A DNA stretch of 64,000 nucleotides, taken from contig VGZR01000003.1 of assembly GCA_016872515.1 (NCBI GenBank), positions 20,655-84,654 of the forward strand, given 5' to 3'. The notes under the pieces were generated by a model that searched no databases, was not told the DNA's origin, and worked only from the letters and a program-made list of their open reading frames with translations. A program made the position numbers and the translations under genes. Positions 29,100 through 37,884 of this stretch are shown here, piece by piece (the first letter of the stretch is position 1; every line of letters starts with the position of its first letter). This DNA comes from SAR202 cluster bacterium (GTDB taxonomy: Bacteria; Chloroflexota; Dehalococcoidia; Lucifugimonadales; VGZR01).

Positions 29100-30509
29100 C
29101 TAGCCGCCGGTGACGGTGACGGTGGCCTTCATGGGGTGGAACTGACAGAAGTACTCGAACTGGCCCACCTGGGTGAACTTGAAGCTGTAGGACTGGCCCT
29201 CAAGGAGGGCGTCGCTCTCCCATACCCTGCCGACGGCGCTAGAGGTGTGGGGCGCGGAGTCTCTGTTGATCCAGGTGACCGTGGTGCCGACGGGAATCGT
29301 GAGATTCTCCAGGGTAAAGTTCTTGATCTCAGAGACACGGCCCGTGGCCTGCGAATCGGTGGTGGCTGTCGGCTTCGGCTCAGGCTCGCGGGTTGGCTCA
29401 GGAGTGGCGGTCGCCTCGGGGACGACGGTGGGTTCCGTTCGGGGAGTGGCTTCGGCCACCGGAGTGGGTGTGTTCTCCCGCTCCATGCGGGCCTTCTCAT
29501 CGGCCGTGACCACCTTCACCACCGCCTGCATCGTTCTCGGGTGGACGCGGCAGAAGTAAGGGTACTCGCCCGTTTCGGTGAAGGTGAAGGAGTAGCTGAG
29601 ACCTGGGTTGAGGCTCAGGCTCTCGAAGAAGCGGGTCGGTTCCACAGGCGTGCCCGCCGAGGCGGTGTGGGGGATGGGGTCGGCGTTGGTCCAAGTGACC
29701 GTGGTGCCGACCTCGACGACGAGGTTGGGCAGTGTTGAACTCCTGATCTCGGCGGCCACCTGGGGGCCTGCCATGGCCTTTTCTTTCTCCATCGCCATCG
29801 CGGTAGCTTCGGCCACTTTTTCTCGCTCCATCGCCATCTTCTCAGTTTCGGCGGTGGCTTCCATCGCCCGCTTTTCGGTCTCGGCCGTAGCTTGCGTCAC
29901 TCGCTTCTCGGCCTCGACGGTAGCTTCCATTGTTCCCTTTTCGGTCTCCGCCGTGGCTTCCATCGCCATCTTTTCGGCCTCTGCGGTGGCAGCCGCTATG
30001 CGTTCGCCGGCCTCTCCGGTGTCCACACCCCCACTCAGGGTGACGGTCACGGTGCCTTGCATGGAGGTGTGGATCTTGCAGAAGTAGGGGAAGGTGCCTT
30101 CCCGGTCGAAGGTGAAGGAGAAGGAGCCGCCCTGGTTGATGACGCCGCTGTCGAACACGCCGGACTCGGCGCCCGGGGCACCCGCGGTGACGGTGTGCGG
30201 GACGTTGTCTTTGTTCGTCCACGTCACGGAAACACCGACGGCAACGGCCAGGTCCTGGTGCCTGAAGTTGGCGATGTCGGCGGAGATTTGGGCCGCCATC
30301 CGCGCCGGCTGCGTGGGGATCTGTGTCGGCTCGACGCGGGCGATGGGTACAGGGGTCTCAGTGGGTCGGGCCGCCTGCGGCATGGGTGTGTTGAATGAAA
30401 TGGTGACCGATTCGCCACATGCGGCGGCGACGGCGATGGCCAGTACTCCAAAAGGCAGCAGCCATCGGCGGCGGTGCCGTTTTTGGGATTGGTTACTCGG
30501 TGGGAGCAA
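29100..30509 (-). CDS. Lipoprotein with three plastocyanin/amicyanin-like cupredoxin domains
   Basis: Signal peptide ending AVAAAC; three type-1 Cu sites: PHT..YFCKIHTSM, PHT..YFCRVHPRTM, PHT..YFCQFHPM. Confidence 0.88.
   Translation of the reverse strand: MLPPSNQSQKRHRRRWLLPFGVLAIAVAAACGESVTISFNTPMPQAARPTETPVPIARVEPTQIPTQPARMAAQISADIANFRHQDLAVAVGVSVTWTNKDNVPHTVTAGAPGAESGVFDSGVINQGGSFSFTFDREGTFPYFCKIHTSMQGTVTVTLSGGVDTGEAGERIAAATAEAEKMAMEATAETEKGTMEATVEAEKRVTQATAETEKRAMEATAETEKMAMEREKVAEATAMAMEKEKAMAGPQVAAEIRSSTLPNLVVEVGTTVTWTNADPIPHTASAGTPVEPTRFFESLSLNPGLSYSFTFTETGEYPYFCRVHPRTMQAVVKVVTADEKARMERENTPTPVAEATPRTEPTVVPEATATPEPTREPEPKPTATTDSQATGRVSEIKNFTLENLTIPVGTTVTWINRDSAPHTSSAVGRVWESDALLEGQSYSFKFTQVGQFEYFCQFHPMKATVTVTGG
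29826..29990 (-). repeat. Five tandem 33-nt (11-aa) repeats inside the cupredoxin gene
   Basis: ATAEAEKMAME / ATAETEKGTME / ATVEAEKRVTQ / ATAETEKRAME / ATAETEKMAME. Confidence 0.85.
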
Positions 30510-30568
30510 TCTGGACCTACCTCAGGCCGCCGAAGGGGGACTAATCGTGTCCTACCAAAGGGCTATTC

Positions 30569-31543
30569 TTATTGCCGAGGCGTAGGGTTGTCTGAACCCT
30601 GGGCGGCCAGTTTTCTTTTTACTTCCGTCCGCTCCCGCACCACGGACGCCAGGATGGCGATGCCCAGGATAGATACCACCACCAAAAGGGAGATGTGGAC
30701 GGGAATCTTCTCGATGTTCGGTATCCCCGAAAGGATCATCTTCGCACCGACGAAGAGGAGGATGGCTGAAAGGCCGAGTTTCAGATAGCGGAAATAACCC
30801 AGCAAGCCCACCAGCACGAAGAAGATGGCGCGGAGCCCCAAGATGGCGAAGCCGTTCGAGGTATAGACGATGAATGGGTCCTGGGAGATGGAGAGCACGG
30901 CGGGGATGGAGTCGAGCGCAAAGATTAGGTCGGTGGTTTCCACGACGAGCAATACAACGAAGAGCACCGTGGCCATCAGCTTGCCGTTCTGACGGACAAA
31001 GAGCTTCGCGCCGTGGTACTCCGTCGTCGTCGGGAAGACCTTCTTGAACAGCCGCACCACCAGGTTTCGCTCTGGGTGCACTCCGCCTTCTTTGGAGGTC
31101 GCTAGTTTGTAGCTGGTCAAGACGAGGAAAGCGCCGAATACGAAGACCATCCAGTGGAGCGCCTCCAGGAGGGCGACCCCAGCGACAATCATGGCGCCAC
31201 GCATCACCATGGCGCCGAGGATGCCCCAAAAGAGCACCCGGTGCTGGTGCTCTGAGGGCACTTTGAAGTAGGTGAAGATGACCGCGAAGACGAAGAGGTT
31301 GTCAACGCTGAGCGACTCTTCGATGAGGTATGCGGTCAGGAACTCATTGCCCTCTTTAGTGCCGATCCAGATATACACTGCCGCAGCGAAGCCAAGGGCG
31401 AGCGCAACCCACAAGAAGGTCCATGCTAGGGCTTCCTTGAAGTGGATAGCGTGGGCCCGCCGGTGGAAGACGCCCAGGTCCACCGCCAGCACCGTTACGA
31501 TGATGACGCCGAAGACGATCCACAGAACTGTACGTGCATCCAC
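30569..31543 (-). CDS. terC: TerC/Alx family membrane protein (Mn-related)
   Basis: E.SLSVDNLFVF, LFWGILGA..MRG, ETTDLIFALDSIPA, TSN.FAILGLR; GTG start at 31543. Confidence 0.92.
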   Translation of the reverse strand: MDARTVLWIVFGVIIVTVLAVDLGVFHRRAHAIHFKEALAWTFLWVALALGFAAAVYIWIGTKEGNEFLTAYLIEESLSVDNLFVFAVIFTYFKVPSEHQHRVLFWGILGAMVMRGAMIVAGVALLEALHWMVFVFGAFLVLTSYKLATSKEGGVHPERNLVVRLFKKVFPTTTEYHGAKLFVRQNGKLMATVLFVVLLVVETTDLIFALDSIPAVLSISQDPFIVYTSNGFAILGLRAIFFVLVGLLGYFRYLKLGLSAILLFVGAKMILSGIPNIEKIPVHISLLVVVSILGIAILASVVRERTEVKRKLAAQGSDNPTPRQ

Positions 31544-31574
31544 CGCTTCAAACCTCGCTGGCGGTTCGGGCAAC

Positions 31575-31607
31575 AAAAAAAACCTTCAACCGTTTGTGGT
31601 CAAAGGT
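31575..31607 (-). terminator. Riboswitch-controlled intrinsic terminator
   Basis: Minus strand ACCTTTGACC-acaaac-GGTTGAAGGT followed by a T-run; the 5' arm overlaps the P1 3' strand of the aptamer. Confidence 0.75.
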
Positions 31608-31712
31608 CTCAGACGTCCCGACCTTAGGGCGGGATGGCTGGTCCGGGCCCACCGCAGACGGGCCGTGCTGACGAACCAAGCCGGGAGTGTGGTCCCCGCT
31701 TACTCCCCTTTG
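31601..31712 (-). ncRNA. yybP-ykoY (Mn2+) riboswitch
   Basis: Minus strand CAAAGGGGAGTA..TTCGTCAGCACGGC..GAGACCTTTG, with P1 CAAAGG/CCTTTG; directly upstream of a terC/alx gene, the classic context. Confidence 0.88.
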
Positions 31713-31722
31713 CTCGCCCAAT

Positions 31723-31751
31723 AGGTTATCCCAGGGTGCCGTGCCAGTCAA
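31723..31751 (-). promoter_or_regulatory. Sigma70 promoter for the riboswitch-terC transcript
   Basis: TTGACT-17 nt-TAACCT ending about 10 nt before the aptamer. Confidence 0.6.
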
Positions 31752-31797
31752 TTCAATGCCATTGGGCTTTGGGGCGAACATCTGCTGAGCGAGGGGC

Positions 31798-32940
31798 CTA
31801 GAACCCCCGGCGGATCTGAACGTTATACTCCTGGGTCCGGCCGCCAACCGTCACTTTGGCCTGCCGCGTCTCGGTCGAATGGGGCGCCCCCGGTGTCAGG
31901 TGCTCGAACAAGGGCTTGCCCTGCTCGTCCGTCACCTCGTAGTCTTCGCCGTCCACGACGATGCTGATGCTCCCTGCCGAGGCGGCCGCAGCCTCGCGGT
32001 CGAGCGAGCGCAGTAGCGACTCCTCTTCTCTCAGGACTGCGTGAGCGTCTTCGATAGAGACCTTTTTGAACGCGACGGTGTCGCCTGGCGCCGCTTGCGC
32101 TACCCTGCCGACATCAGAGCTAATCACCGTAGCAATCTTGGTATAGCCACCGGTGGAGCCACGGTCAGCCAGGAGAATGATAGGCAGCCCATCGCCAGGA
32201 ATCTGGATGGCGCCGAGAGGGGAGCCGTCGGAGATGATGTCCGGGCCCCGTTTGTGCTTCAAGACGGGGCCTTCCAGCCGGTATCCGACTCTGTCCGACG
32301 TCGCCGACACGGAGTATTTGGCATCGAAAAGGGTGGCAATGGCCTCGCCGGTGAAGGCGCTGTCCTGGGGGCCTAGGATGACACGGAGATCGTGGTGGTG
32401 TCCGTAGTGGACCGGCTCAAGGTCTTCAGGCAGCCTGCGTTCTCGCAGCTCGCGGCCAGGCTCCAGCGGCAGCACGGAGAGCCGGTCGCCCGCCTTGAGG
32501 GCACGGCCCTGAAAACCGCCGATCCCACTCTTGAGGTAAGTCGAGCGGCTGCCCATGAGGATGGGCACTTCTATCCCACCCGCCAGGGCGAGATAAGCGC
32601 GGAAGCCGTCCTGCACACCTTCGGACGCGAGCACACTGTCTTTCTGGACCCTGATGGAGCACCAGCGTGGGAGCTGCTCACCATCGAGCGTGAAACCCAG
32701 GTCTCCTCCCGTTACGGCGATGAGTGTCTCCCTGAGGAAACGCAGTCTTGGCCCCGCAGCGGTCATCTCTAGACATGCGGAGTTCTGGTCATTGCCAGCC
32801 AAGATGTTGGCGGCGCGCAGCGAGAAGACGTCCATCGCGCCGGAGACCGATACGCCGAACCGCTGGTACCCGTACCGGCCGCGGTCTTGGACCGTGGTCA
32901 AAAGGCCGGGTTCGAGGACTTCAAAGACCTCTTCGTTCAC
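31798..32940 (-). CDS. pxpC: PxpC/KipA-like carboxyltransferase-family subunit (AHS2) with C-terminal extension
   Basis: PGLLTTVQDRGR.G, GAMD, GSRST, SDRVGYRL, GAIQIPGDG.PI..LAD..TGGY.KI; about 60 extra C-terminal residues. Confidence 0.9.
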   Translation of the reverse strand: MNEEVFEVLEPGLLTTVQDRGRYGYQRFGVSVSGAMDVFSLRAANILAGNDQNSACLEMTAAGPRLRFLRETLIAVTGGDLGFTLDGEQLPRWCSIRVQKDSVLASEGVQDGFRAYLALAGGIEVPILMGSRSTYLKSGIGGFQGRALKAGDRLSVLPLEPGRELRERRLPEDLEPVHYGHHHDLRVILGPQDSAFTGEAIATLFDAKYSVSATSDRVGYRLEGPVLKHKRGPDIISDGSPLGAIQIPGDGLPIILLADRGSTGGYTKIATVISSDVGRVAQAAPGDTVAFKKVSIEDAHAVLREEESLLRSLDREAAAASAGSISIVVDGEDYEVTDEQGKPLFEHLTPGAPHSTETRQAKVTVGGRTQEYNVQIRRGF

Positions 32941-33668
32941 TCCGCCACCTCGGTGACAACCGTGTATTCGCCCTTCTGAATCTTCTGGGCCAACTCCAGG
33001 TACTCCTGCTCCGAGACCAGCGGGACAAACCTGATGTAGTCACCTGCACGAACAAGTGCTGGTGGATTGCGGCTAGGATCGAATAGTTGGAGGGGCGTCC
33101 GACCGATGAGCCGCCAGCCGCCTGGACTGGCTACGGGGTATACGCCGGTCTGCGCCTCAGCGATGCCGACCGAGCCGGCCGGAATCCTGACCCGGGGTGT
33201 CTGCAGCCGTGGGGTGACCAGCTTCTTCGAGAGGCCCCCCAAGTATGGGAAACCTGGGGCGAAGCCCATCATGTACACCAGATAATCGGTGCCGGAGTGG
33301 AGTTTGACCACTTCATCGGGTGTCAACTCATTGTGCTTGGCGACGAACTCCAGGTCGGGCCCGTATTCGCCACCATACAACATTGGGATGAGGACGACTT
33401 TTGGGCTTTCGACCTTGATGTGGTCCAGGCCACGCGCCACCTCCTCGACGGTGGCTGTCAAGTGTTCGTAGGAAATCTTGAGCGGCTCATACTGCACCAG
33501 AAGTGAGCGGTAGGTTGGCACCATGTCCACCAGGCCTGGCACCTTGCGGTTCTCGATGGCGAGCATCAGGTTGCGCACCAAGGCGTTTATCTCCGGTTTG
33601 ATGGCGTCGCCCAACTCGACGACCACCGCTCTGTCGCCCGCGGGGAGAAAAGTAGGCTTCTCAGCCAT
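32937..33668 (-). CDS. pxpB: PxpB/KipI-like subunit (AHS1)
   Basis: AGDRA, VPTYRSLLV.Y, GPDL, GFAPGFPYL, PAGSVGIA, SPGGWRLIGRT. Confidence 0.92.
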   Translation of the reverse strand: MAEKPTFLPAGDRAVVVELGDAIKPEINALVRNLMLAIENRKVPGLVDMVPTYRSLLVQYEPLKISYEHLTATVEEVARGLDHIKVESPKVVLIPMLYGGEYGPDLEFVAKHNELTPDEVVKLHSGTDYLVYMMGFAPGFPYLGGLSKKLVTPRLQTPRVRIPAGSVGIAEAQTGVYPVASPGGWRLIGRTPLQLFDPSRNPPALVRAGDYIRFVPLVSEQEYLELAQKIQKGEYTVVTEVAE

Positions 33669-33706
33669 CTAACGCTGACTCCAGGAAAGGGGAAAAGGGA
33701 GATGCC

Positions 33707-34471
33707 TCACACCAACTGCCCTAGTGGGACGATTTTGACGCCTGCAGCCTCGAGTTCCTGGCGGACGCGTTTGGCCATCTCCACGGCGCCGGGGGTGTCG
33801 CCGTGGAGGCAGATGCTCTCGGCGTGAACTTCGATCTCGGCACCATTGATGGCCTTCGCCACGCCCTTGGTGACCATGCGCAGGCTGCGCTCGGCGACCT
33901 CGTCGGCATCGTGGATGACTGAGCCAGGTTTTGAGCGGGAAACCAAAGTGCCGTCGGGGTTCAATGCACGGTCGGCGAATATCTCGCGGGCGACTCGCAG
34001 GCCCATGTCTTCGGCGATCTTGATCCATTTCGAACCCGCCAGAGCCAGCAGCACCAGGTCGGGCTGAACCTCCAAGACAGCCTCGCAGATGGCACGGGCC
34101 AGAGCCTCATCGTTCACCGCCTGGTTGTACATGGCACCGTGTGGCTTCACGTGTTGAAGCTTCTTGCCCTTCGTGAAGGCCTGGAGCGCTCCAATCTGAT
34201 AAACGACGTCACACTTGACCTCTTCGGGGGATAGGGACATGTTCCGGCGTCCGAAGCCCACCAGGTCGGGATAGCTGGGGTGCGCACCCACAGCTACGCC
34301 CTGTTCTTCGGCAATGCGCACGGTCTTCTGCATCCAGACGGGGTCGCCCGCATGGAATCCACAGGCGATGTTGGCTGACGAGATGTGCTTGATGACGTCC
34401 TCGTCGTAGCCCATCTTGTACATCCCGAAGCTTTCGCCCATGTCGCAATTGAAATCGATCTTGTTGGCCAT
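33707..34471 (-). CDS. pxpA: PxpA / LamB-YcsF family protein
   Basis: DFNCDMGESFG, NIACGFHAGDP, HVKPHGAMYN, FADR, CLHGDTPGA. Confidence 0.94.
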   Translation of the reverse strand: MANKIDFNCDMGESFGMYKMGYDEDVIKHISSANIACGFHAGDPVWMQKTVRIAEEQGVAVGAHPSYPDLVGFGRRNMSLSPEEVKCDVVYQIGALQAFTKGKKLQHVKPHGAMYNQAVNDEALARAICEAVLEVQPDLVLLALAGSKWIKIAEDMGLRVAREIFADRALNPDGTLVSRSKPGSVIHDADEVAERSLRMVTKGVAKAINGAEIEVHAESICLHGDTPGAVEMAKRVRQELEAAGVKIVPLGQLV

Positions 34472-34560
34472 GCTGTACCTCGCAGAGAGCCGGGCATCGA
34501 ACTAAGCCAGTTCGTACCAGAGAGTCCATTATAAGAGGAGGCCATTCTGGGTGCCACCTT

Positions 34561-34911
34561 ATGCACCTTGTAGTACAATCAGCGGCGTCGCCCGCATATG
34601 CCTGCCGGGAGGGTTGTGTCATAGACCAGGCCACCATAGAACGAGCGCTCATCCTGACCGCCATCGGCGCGGGGACCGCCCTCGCGGTCTTGATTTTTCT
34701 CACGATTTTCGTCCAGGCGTCGGGGCTGCTCATCAACCTCCCGCACGCCTGGTCGGCCCGCCGGCGCGCCGGACGGGTCCCTGTAGCTGAGGCCGAGACA
34801 CGCGAGCAGGCGGAGAGGGCCTTGGCCGCAGTCGTAGCCGTTGGCGCGCTGCTGGCCGAACCGCGCCGTGCCAGCCGGTCAGGCGTTCAGGCCGGCAACG
34901 CCCCTCCATAG
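34561..34911 (+). CDS. OadG-like (gamma/delta) membrane anchor of a Na+-translocating decarboxylase
   Basis: Single TM (LILTAIGAGTALAVLIFLTIFV), charged linker, LAAVVAVGALL helix; directly upstream of oadB. True start uncertain, possibly ATA at 34621. Confidence 0.65.
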   Translation: MHLVVQSAASPAYACREGCVIDQATIERALILTAIGAGTALAVLIFLTIFVQASGLLINLPHAWSARRRAGRVPVAEAETREQAERALAAVVAVGALLAEPRRASRSGVQAGNAPP

Positions 34912-34954
34912 GGCCGAACTGTGACCCACACTCTTCCGAGAGCAGGACAGCGAC

Positions 34955-36112
34955 TTGTCTGACCTCCGCGATTTCCTCAGCGCCTCTAGCATCACGAACA
35001 TAGACTGGCGCAACGGCGTCATGCTGTGCGTCGGACTTGTCTTCGTCTATGCCGCGATCCGGCGTGGATGGGAGCCCTACCAGCTCCTACCCATCGGTAT
35101 CGGCATCCTCATCGCAAACATGAACCTCATCGGTCTCAGCAATGCCGACGTCTCCGCCACGGAACAGCAGTCGGGCATCATCGGCTTCCTGTACAACTTT
35201 GGACCGAACCTAGCCAATGTTCTTCCGCCCCTCATCTTTCTTGGCCTTGGCGCCATGACCGATTTCGGCCCGCTCATCGCCAATCCCAAGCTGCTGCTCC
35301 TAGGCGTAGCTGCTGCAGCGGGTACGTTCCTGGCTTTCTGGGGGGCCCTGATTGTCAACCTCATCAACGGGTCGGAGGTCTTCAACCTACACCAAGCGGC
35401 CTCCATCGGACTTGTCGGCTCTGCGGATGGCCCGACGACCATCTTCACCGCCGCCAAGTTGTCGCCGGAGATTCTCGGCATCACCGCCGTGGTGGCGTAC
35501 ATGTTCGTGGCGGCCGCGCCGGTCATCCAGCCGCCCATCATGAGGCTACTGACCACCAGGAAAGAGCGCGCGATGGTGATGGAGGCGCCGCGAGAGGTGT
35601 CCAAGACAGAGAAGCTGCTTTTCCCTGCACTGGCCATGGTGCTCATCGTGCTATTCGTGCCGCAAGCCGCCGCTCTGGTGGCGATGTTCATGATGGGGAA
35701 CCTGTTCAGGGAGAGTGGCGTCGTGCCCCGCATCACCCAGGCCGCCACCAACGAGCTTTTCAACATCGCCACCATCTTCCTCATGCTGGCCGTAGGTACA
35801 CGCCTCTCCGCGGAAGCGGTCTTCTCCTGGCACACCCTCATCATCTTCGCGCTTGGCCTGCTCGCTTTCGTTTTCGCCACGGCTGGCGGAGTGATATGCG
35901 CCAAAGTGATGAACCTGATATCCAGGGAGAAGATCAACCCGCTGGTGGGGGCGGCGGGCATCTCGGCGGCGCCGAACGCAGCCAGGGTTGTTCAGAAAGT
36001 CGGGCAAGAGGCCAATCCGAACAACTTCCTGTTGGCCCACGCCACCGGGCCTAACGTGGCCGGCATCGTAGGCTCCGTGGTCGTCGCGGGTGTGTTCATA
36101 GCGGGATTGTGA
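34955..36112 (+). CDS. oadB: Na+-translocating decarboxylase beta subunit
   Basis: EPY.LLPIG.G, PPLIFLGLGAMTDFGPLIANP, ADGPT, IQPPIMR, NPLVGAAGISA.P..ARV, GPNVAG. Confidence 0.94.
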   Translation: MSDLRDFLSASSITNIDWRNGVMLCVGLVFVYAAIRRGWEPYQLLPIGIGILIANMNLIGLSNADVSATEQQSGIIGFLYNFGPNLANVLPPLIFLGLGAMTDFGPLIANPKLLLLGVAAAAGTFLAFWGALIVNLINGSEVFNLHQAASIGLVGSADGPTTIFTAAKLSPEILGITAVVAYMFVAAAPVIQPPIMRLLTTRKERAMVMEAPREVSKTEKLLFPALAMVLIVLFVPQAAALVAMFMMGNLFRESGVVPRITQAATNELFNIATIFLMLAVGTRLSAEAVFSWHTLIIFALGLLAFVFATAGGVICAKVMNLISREKINPLVGAAGISAAPNAARVVQKVGQEANPNNFLLAHATGPNVAGIVGSVVVAGVFIAGL

Positions 36113-36113
36113 A

Positions 36114-36578
36114 ATGCCGACAACGCTGAAGGTCAAGATAGGCGTTCGCTGGTACACCGTGCAGGTCGGCGACCTGGATGCACCTGTCGTTGAGGTGTTG
36201 GTGGATGGCCATCCTGTCCAGGTTGAAGTAGAACGCCTTGCCGCCATAGAGCGCGAGGCCATTTATCCCCAGGTGCAGGCAGTGCGAGTCGCGGGGCCGA
36301 AGCCCAAGGCGGCGAGGCCGTCGCGGCCCGAGGTAGACCGTTCCATGGGGTCAGGCCCGCGGCCCGTCAAGACCTTTCGCTCGCCGATGCCGGGCGTCAT
36401 CATCTCGGTGGCGGTGAAGGCAGGGGACCAGGTGGTGCCAGGCGACGCCGTCTGTGTGCTGGAAGCGATGAAGATGCAGCAGACGCTGAGGGCCGAGTGG
36501 GCCGGCGTCGTCAAGGCGTTGCACGTTCAGGCAGGCAAGCAGATCCAGGGCGGCGACCCAATCTTGGAGCTCGAGTAA
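36114..36578 (+). CDS. Biotin carboxyl carrier protein
   Basis: SPMPG, LEAMKM biotinylation motif; N-terminal beta-hairpin domain and Pro/Ala linker. Confidence 0.92.
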   Translation: MPTTLKVKIGVRWYTVQVGDLDAPVVEVLVDGHPVQVEVERLAAIEREAIYPQVQAVRVAGPKPKAARPSRPEVDRSMGSGPRPVKTFRSPMPGVIISVAVKAGDQVVPGDAVCVLEAMKMQQTLRAEWAGVVKALHVQAGKQIQGGDPILELE

Positions 36579-36600
36579 ACTCTGAGAAGGAGGGAGCGCC

Positions 36601-37878
36601 ATGAAAAAGTCCAACAGGCTGGCGATTGACGGTGGAGTTCCGGTTGTCAAGGATTCCTTGCCATCGGGCGTTTCGGGTCCCAGTGTTGTGGACGAGGAGG
36701 AGGTTGAAGCAGTCGCCAGATTGCTGCGCAGCCAGAAGCTGTTCCGCTACCGCCCGGACAGCGAGTGCAATCTACTGGAGCTTGAAGCTGCCGAATTGCT
36801 GGGAGTGAAGTACGCTCTGGCTGTGAACTCAGGTACGGCGGCCCTCGTCTGCGCTATGAAGGGCGTCGGCCTGGGACCTGGCGACGAGGCTATCGTGCCC
36901 GGCTACACGTACATCGCCACGGTGGCGGCGGTGGTGGCGGCCGGCGCGGTGCCTGTCATCGCGGAGATAGATGACTCCCTGGGCCTCGACCCGTCCGACG
37001 TAGAGAGAAAGATCACGAAGTACACCAAGGCCATCGTGCCGGTGCACATGCGCGGTGTGCCCAACCGGCTAGACTCCATCCTGACCCTAGCGCGCCGCCA
37101 CAGGCTCAAGGTGGTAGAGGACTGTAGCCAGTGCGTGGGAGGAGCCTACAAAGCGCGGCGCGTCGGCACATACGGCGATGTAGGCACATGGAGCCTGAAC
37201 TATTACAAGACTATCAGCACCGGCGAGGGCGGGCTCTTGTACACCAATGACCGAGATGTCTTCGAACGAGCTTGCTTCGCGTCAGACCCAGGACTGCCCA
37301 TGTGGGGCGGTGAGGACAGCCGGGGTATCGAGTTCCACCAAGATCCCTTCCCAGGCGAGACCTATCGCCCCAGTGAGTTAGTGGGCGCGGTGGGCCGCGT
37401 GCAATTACGCAAACTGGATGGCGTCCTCGCCCACCAACGGAGGCTTAAGAAGGCATTCCTTGCAGAGCTGGACGAGCCGAGAGCCTACCGGCTCCAGCAT
37501 GTTGACGACCCTGCTGGTGACACAGGTGTCTCGGCGGGTGTCATCGTGCAGGACGAAGAGCTGGCACGGGGCTATGCGCATGCCCTCAAGGCCGAGGGCG
37601 TGCCAGTCGGCACCATCTACAACGCCGGCATCCCCGACAGGCACATCTATAGCGCATGGGACTCCATCCTCAACAAACGCTCGCACCATCCGTCGGGCTA
37701 CCCATGGAAGGACCCAGCGTACAGAGGCGATGTCCAATACTCCAAGGACATGTGTCCGCAGACGTTGGACCTCCTGGGGCGTACCCTGCTGTTGAACTTC
37801 AACATGAACATGGCTGAGGAGCACGCGCGGGCGATGGCGAGGGCGCTGAACAAGGTGGATGCGGCCCTGGGTACGTAG
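36601..37878 (+). CDS. DegT/DnrJ/EryC1/StrS family PLP-dependent aminotransferase
   Basis: VNSGTAAL, VPVHM.G, VEDCSQ, SLNYYK..TGEGG. Confidence 0.9.
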   Translation: MKKSNRLAIDGGVPVVKDSLPSGVSGPSVVDEEEVEAVARLLRSQKLFRYRPDSECNLLELEAAELLGVKYALAVNSGTAALVCAMKGVGLGPGDEAIVPGYTYIATVAAVVAAGAVPVIAEIDDSLGLDPSDVERKITKYTKAIVPVHMRGVPNRLDSILTLARRHRLKVVEDCSQCVGGAYKARRVGTYGDVGTWSLNYYKTISTGEGGLLYTNDRDVFERACFASDPGLPMWGGEDSRGIEFHQDPFPGETYRPSELVGAVGRVQLRKLDGVLAHQRRLKKAFLAELDEPRAYRLQHVDDPAGDTGVSAGVIVQDEELARGYAHALKAEGVPVGTIYNAGIPDRHIYSAWDSILNKRSHHPSGYPWKDPAYRGDVQYSKDMCPQTLDLLGRTLLLNFNMNMAEEHARAMARALNKVDAALGT

Positions 37879-37884
37879 CTAGGC

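Noticed and set aside
29826-29990. CRISPR-like array
   Set aside because: These are contiguous coding 33-nt repeats with no spacers; no CRISPR array or cas gene was seen anywhere in the window.
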